The notes below the pieces were generated by a model that saw only the letters and a list, made by a program, of their open reading frames with translations, was not told the origin of the DNA and did not search any database. From Salpingoeca rosetta (lineage: Eukaryota; Protista; Choanoflagellata): a stretch of 64,000 nt of DNA. Numbering within the stretch: the stretch's first letter is position 1; each line of letters starts with the position of its first letter. Of this stretch, positions 60,760 to 64,000 are shown piece by piece. The position numbers and the translations under genes were made by a program. Where the stretch lies: contig JAWQFM010000021.1 in assembly GCA_033442325.1 (NCBI GenBank), positions 138,290-202,289 on the forward strand, given 5' to 3'.

Positions 60760-62106
60760 CGCACACACGCACACATACACGCACATATGCATGTATGGGA
60801 CTACTTGGATTCTTCGGACTTGAACAAACGCCCATCTTCACGACTGTGAACGTGCACCCTGTTGTGTTTTGATGACGTCGTCATTGGCACCCTTTTGTTC
60901 CCTTCATTGTGCATGTTGCTCACGGCTTTCCTTCCGCCCCAACACGATGCGCTTGTGCTGCTTACACGCTGCCGTGCTCGCAATGTGCCTGCTTCTTGCA
61001 TCCCCTCTTTGTTACTGTGCTGCTGCTCACCCACCAACCGACTCACACCCTGCTGCCCTCACGCTTAACTGATGCTCGCACGCCACACAACAACCTGCGA
61101 TGCTCCTGCGATGCTCCTTTTCTGGACTTGCCTTGTGCATGCGCACCACCAGGCACCTGATTCCGCTTGCCGCGCAGGAGCGGCGGTTCTTCATTGTGGA
61201 CCAGACCAACACCTCCCGCTTTGCCCGGCAGCGCAAGATGCAGCCCTTCAAGGACTCGGAGATTCCCTTCAAGATCCGCGCCATGCTGTTTCTGCGCACC
61301 GCCGAGGACATTGCAGGCACGCTGCAGGCCAAGGAAAACGCAGGCAAGCTCATTCCAAAGGCGGCCGTGCTGCACATGATGAAGAACTTCATCCCGCCAG
61401 ACGCCTCCGAGGGCTTCCTGGAGGTGACGTGCCTCCCCAACGAGGACATCAAGCCCGCCGTTGGCCAGAGCTACCAGCACTTTACCGAGCAGCACAAGGA
61501 GCTCATTGAGCAGTACGAGAAGGAGCAGGAGGAGATGCGCGCCATGCGCAGGGCCCGCAGGGAGAAGATACTCCTTGGCCGCACCCGAGGCGGCGGCGGT
61601 CGCGGCGGTCGCGGCCGGGGAAGAGGCCGTGGTCGCGGCCGTGGGTTTGGTGGCGACCGTGATCGTGATCGTGGCCGTGGGCGCGGGCGCGGGCGTGGGC
61701 GTGGCCGTGGCGGTCCCATGAGCCGGGGCCGAGGCGGTGACTTTTGGCGGTCGTGGTCGCGGCCGTGTCGCAGTGGCGGCAGGGGCGGCAGAGGCGGCGA
61801 TCGGGGTGGTGGTGGTCGGGGTGGCCGTGGTGGTGGACGCGGTGGGGGCCGTGGACGCCGCCCGCCAGAGCCCGAGCGGTTTGCCACGCCACAGGAACGC
61901 GATGCGGCCATTGTGAAGCAGGTTGAGTTCTACTTTGGCGACGAGAACCTGCCTCAGGACAAGTTCCTGCAGGACAAGCTGCGGCTCGGCAATGACTGGC
62001 TCGATGTCGGCGTCATCTTCGACTTTCCAAAAGTGCAGGCAAAGACCACCAGCATGGACACCTTTTTGGCTGCCCTGCGCACCTCCCGTCTCATCCGCCT
62101 CAGGTG

Positions 62107-62142
<36 letters not shown>

Positions 62143-62144
62143 AG

Positions 62145-62199
<55 letters not shown>

Positions 62200-62285
62200 A
62201 GTTGTTGTTGTTTAAGTTGTTGTTGTTTAAGTTGTTGTTGAAGTTGTTGTTTAAGTTGTTGTTGTTTAAGTTGTTGTTGTTTAAG

Positions 62286-62331
<46 letters not shown>

Positions 62332-62994
62332 GCGTGTGTACATGTGTACGTGTGTGTTGCTTTGAACAATCGTGTGCGTGTTCGTGCATGTGCATGCATT
62401 GTTGTGGTTGCTGCTGCAACAAGACAACACACCCTTAACCGTGCCCTCCTCTCCCTCTCCCCCACCTTGTCCTCTCCTCTGTGCAGTGATGATGGTCGGC
62501 GCATGCAGCGTGCCGTTCCCCTGCCAGCAGCGCTCCAGCAGCGCGCCATGGAGACCAGAGAGCAGAACAGGGGCTTCTCCGAGCGCCCGCGCGGCCGTGG
62601 GCGCGGCAGGGGCCGAGGAGGTGGCCGCGGCCGAGGTGGCGGCCGAGGTGGCGGCCGCGGTGGGCCTCGTGGTGCCCCTCGCGGCGGGTCTCGTGGTGGG
62701 CGCGGCTTCGGGCGCGGGCGTGGCGGCCACGGCCCAGAGCACCGCAGCAGGAGCAGGGATCGCGATCGCGGCCGCGGCGGTTATGAGCGCAGCAGCCGCG
62801 GCCGGGACCGCAGCAGCGGCAGCGTGGATCGGCGCCGAAGCGCGGATCGCCGCAGCATGGACCGCGGTTACGACCGCCGCCGCCCCAGCACCGCAGACGG
62901 CTCCTACAGGCGATCGAGCGCGGGCCGCGACGGCGAGCTGCCCCCAAAGATGAGGCGCACAGACAGCTCCAGGGACGTGAGGGGCAGGTACTGA
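56675..62994 (+). CDS. hnRNP U/SAF-A-like protein (SPRY + P-loop AAA_33-type NTPase + RGG) with a fused La motif
   Basis: SPRY: VRVGLS...LLVG|DDTFGWAYCSSGSK, YGTPYHTNDEIECRLD, ISFYKNGDFQGVAY, FGHVALRNC. Walker A: LVGLPGSGKTEW; Walker B-like: FIVDQTN. RGG tracts. La motif: IVKQVEFYFGDENLPQDKFL...WLDVGVIFDFPKVQ...LAALRTSRLIRL|SDDGRRMQR. Confidence 0.85.
58361..58743 (+). repeat. (TTG)n repeat punctuated by TTTAAG units, intronic, copy 1
   Basis: gttgttgtttaagttgttg... pattern. Confidence 0.9.
60164..60289 (+). repeat. (TTG)n/TTTAAG compound repeat, intronic, copy 2
   Basis: Same compound motif as copy 1. Confidence 0.9.
62107..62331 (+). repeat. (TTG)n/TTTAAG compound repeat, intronic, copy 3
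   Basis: Same compound motif as copy 1. Confidence 0.9.
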
Positions 62995-63404
62995 CCTGAC
63001 GGCAGGGGTGCGCGCGACGGTGCCCGTTGTGTCGGTTCCGTGTTGCCGTTGGTGTGTGTGTGTGTGTGTGTGTGTGCTGTTGCGTGTGCATTTGCGTGTG
63101 CAGTTGGTGTGTGTGTGTCCGTGCGTCTGGAGTGGAGTTTAACTCCTTTGTTCTGGTGCGGAATTGTCACGAGCAATCCTACCGGTGATGTCATCATAGA
63201 AATTCTGGAATGCAACCGATCAAATTTCGCTTGTGGGTTGAAGGAGTGATGGTTCGCGACTTGGCAAAACCACTAAACAAGGGAAACCGCAACTCTCGCA
63301 ACACAATTGATGATGCACCATGATCCCCAAAAGCTTCATTTACCCTCGCCCCTTTCTCCCCACAACACTGACATCCCACTCCTGCTGACAAACAAACGAG
63401 CACC

Positions 63405-63764
63405 ATGCCCGGCGACAAGAAGAAGAAGGACAAGGACAAGAAGGACAAGAAAAAAGTTGACAAGTCACCAAGCAAGAGCAAGAAGCAGAAGAAGCGACCT
63501 CTGAATGGGCTGGACTTGCTGACAGAGGCTTGCGTGTATGTTGAGGAACAAGAGAGGTATCAGTCTCGGCAAAAGCAAGAAGAGAATCGTCCTGGAAGGC
63601 ACTCGGCACGAACACGAGCTATTCTGAATGCTTGGTATGAAGCGAACATGGACAAGAACGGCCGTGCATATTTGTCTGAGGAGGAGAAGGTGCGGCTTGC
63701 GCACATCTGCAACTTGAAGCCAAAGCAGGTGGCGACCTGGGTCAATAACAGGCGCAATCGCTGA
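63405..63764 (+). CDS. Small atypical TALE-like homeodomain protein (119 aa, intronless)
   Basis: RHSARTRAILNAWYEANMDKNGRAYLSEEEKVRLAHICNLKPKQVATWVNNRRNR shows helix 1, an extended loop, EEK..LA...L...QV..W..N.R. The N-terminus is Lys-rich and NLS-like. Confidence 0.8.
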   Translation: MPGDKKKKDKDKKDKKKVDKSPSKSKKQKKRPLNGLDLLTEACVYVEEQERYQSRQKQEENRPGRHSARTRAILNAWYEANMDKNGRAYLSEEEKVRLAHICNLKPKQVATWVNNRRNR

Positions 63765-64000
63765 CGCGCATAACTGCGCTTTTCTACTCGCCCTATTTGC
63801 CGTGCTGTATACGAAGTGATTTCTACATGCGTGTATTTGCGTGCGTGCTTTTTACTTGGGGCCATCACTGGTTCTGACTTGCTCGAATGCCAGTATGTAT
63901 GTTCTTCAATAAACCGACAAAACTGAACAGCATTCCAGGCACAACCGCAAGCACAAGCCATCACCTTCACATGCCACACACACACACACACACACTTCAT

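Overview
This is intron-rich eukaryotic DNA with microsatellite-laden introns ((CA)n, (GA)n, (TTG)n), GC-rich exons and six N gaps. Gene content and style suggest a choanoflagellate, probably Salpingoeca rosetta (inference). About 14 protein-coding genes can be reconstructed: the 3' end of TMEM94, HAT1, MTAP, an SH3-PDZ-PH scaffold, a giant ~13-PH-domain protein ending in a polybasic-CaaX motif, a PH-like/TKL-kinase/DEP protein, an atypical PTP, two tandem TDP2-like EEP phosphodiesterases, a PLP-enzyme/amino-methyltransferase fusion, a Cys-rich/mucin type I membrane protein, a SHIP2-like inositol 5-phosphatase, an hnRNP U-like protein fused to a La motif, and a small atypical TALE-like homeobox gene. 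The strongest candidate for an undescribed system is the 904-aa three-exon fusion at 39185-42697 (-). It joins a virus/phage-type fold-II PLP enzyme to an SPPF-type amino-methyltransferase and lies directly upstream of the two TDP2-like genes, suggesting a eukaryotic nucleic-acid base (hyper)modification module. All exon structures and domain calls were made by eye, with no database searches.
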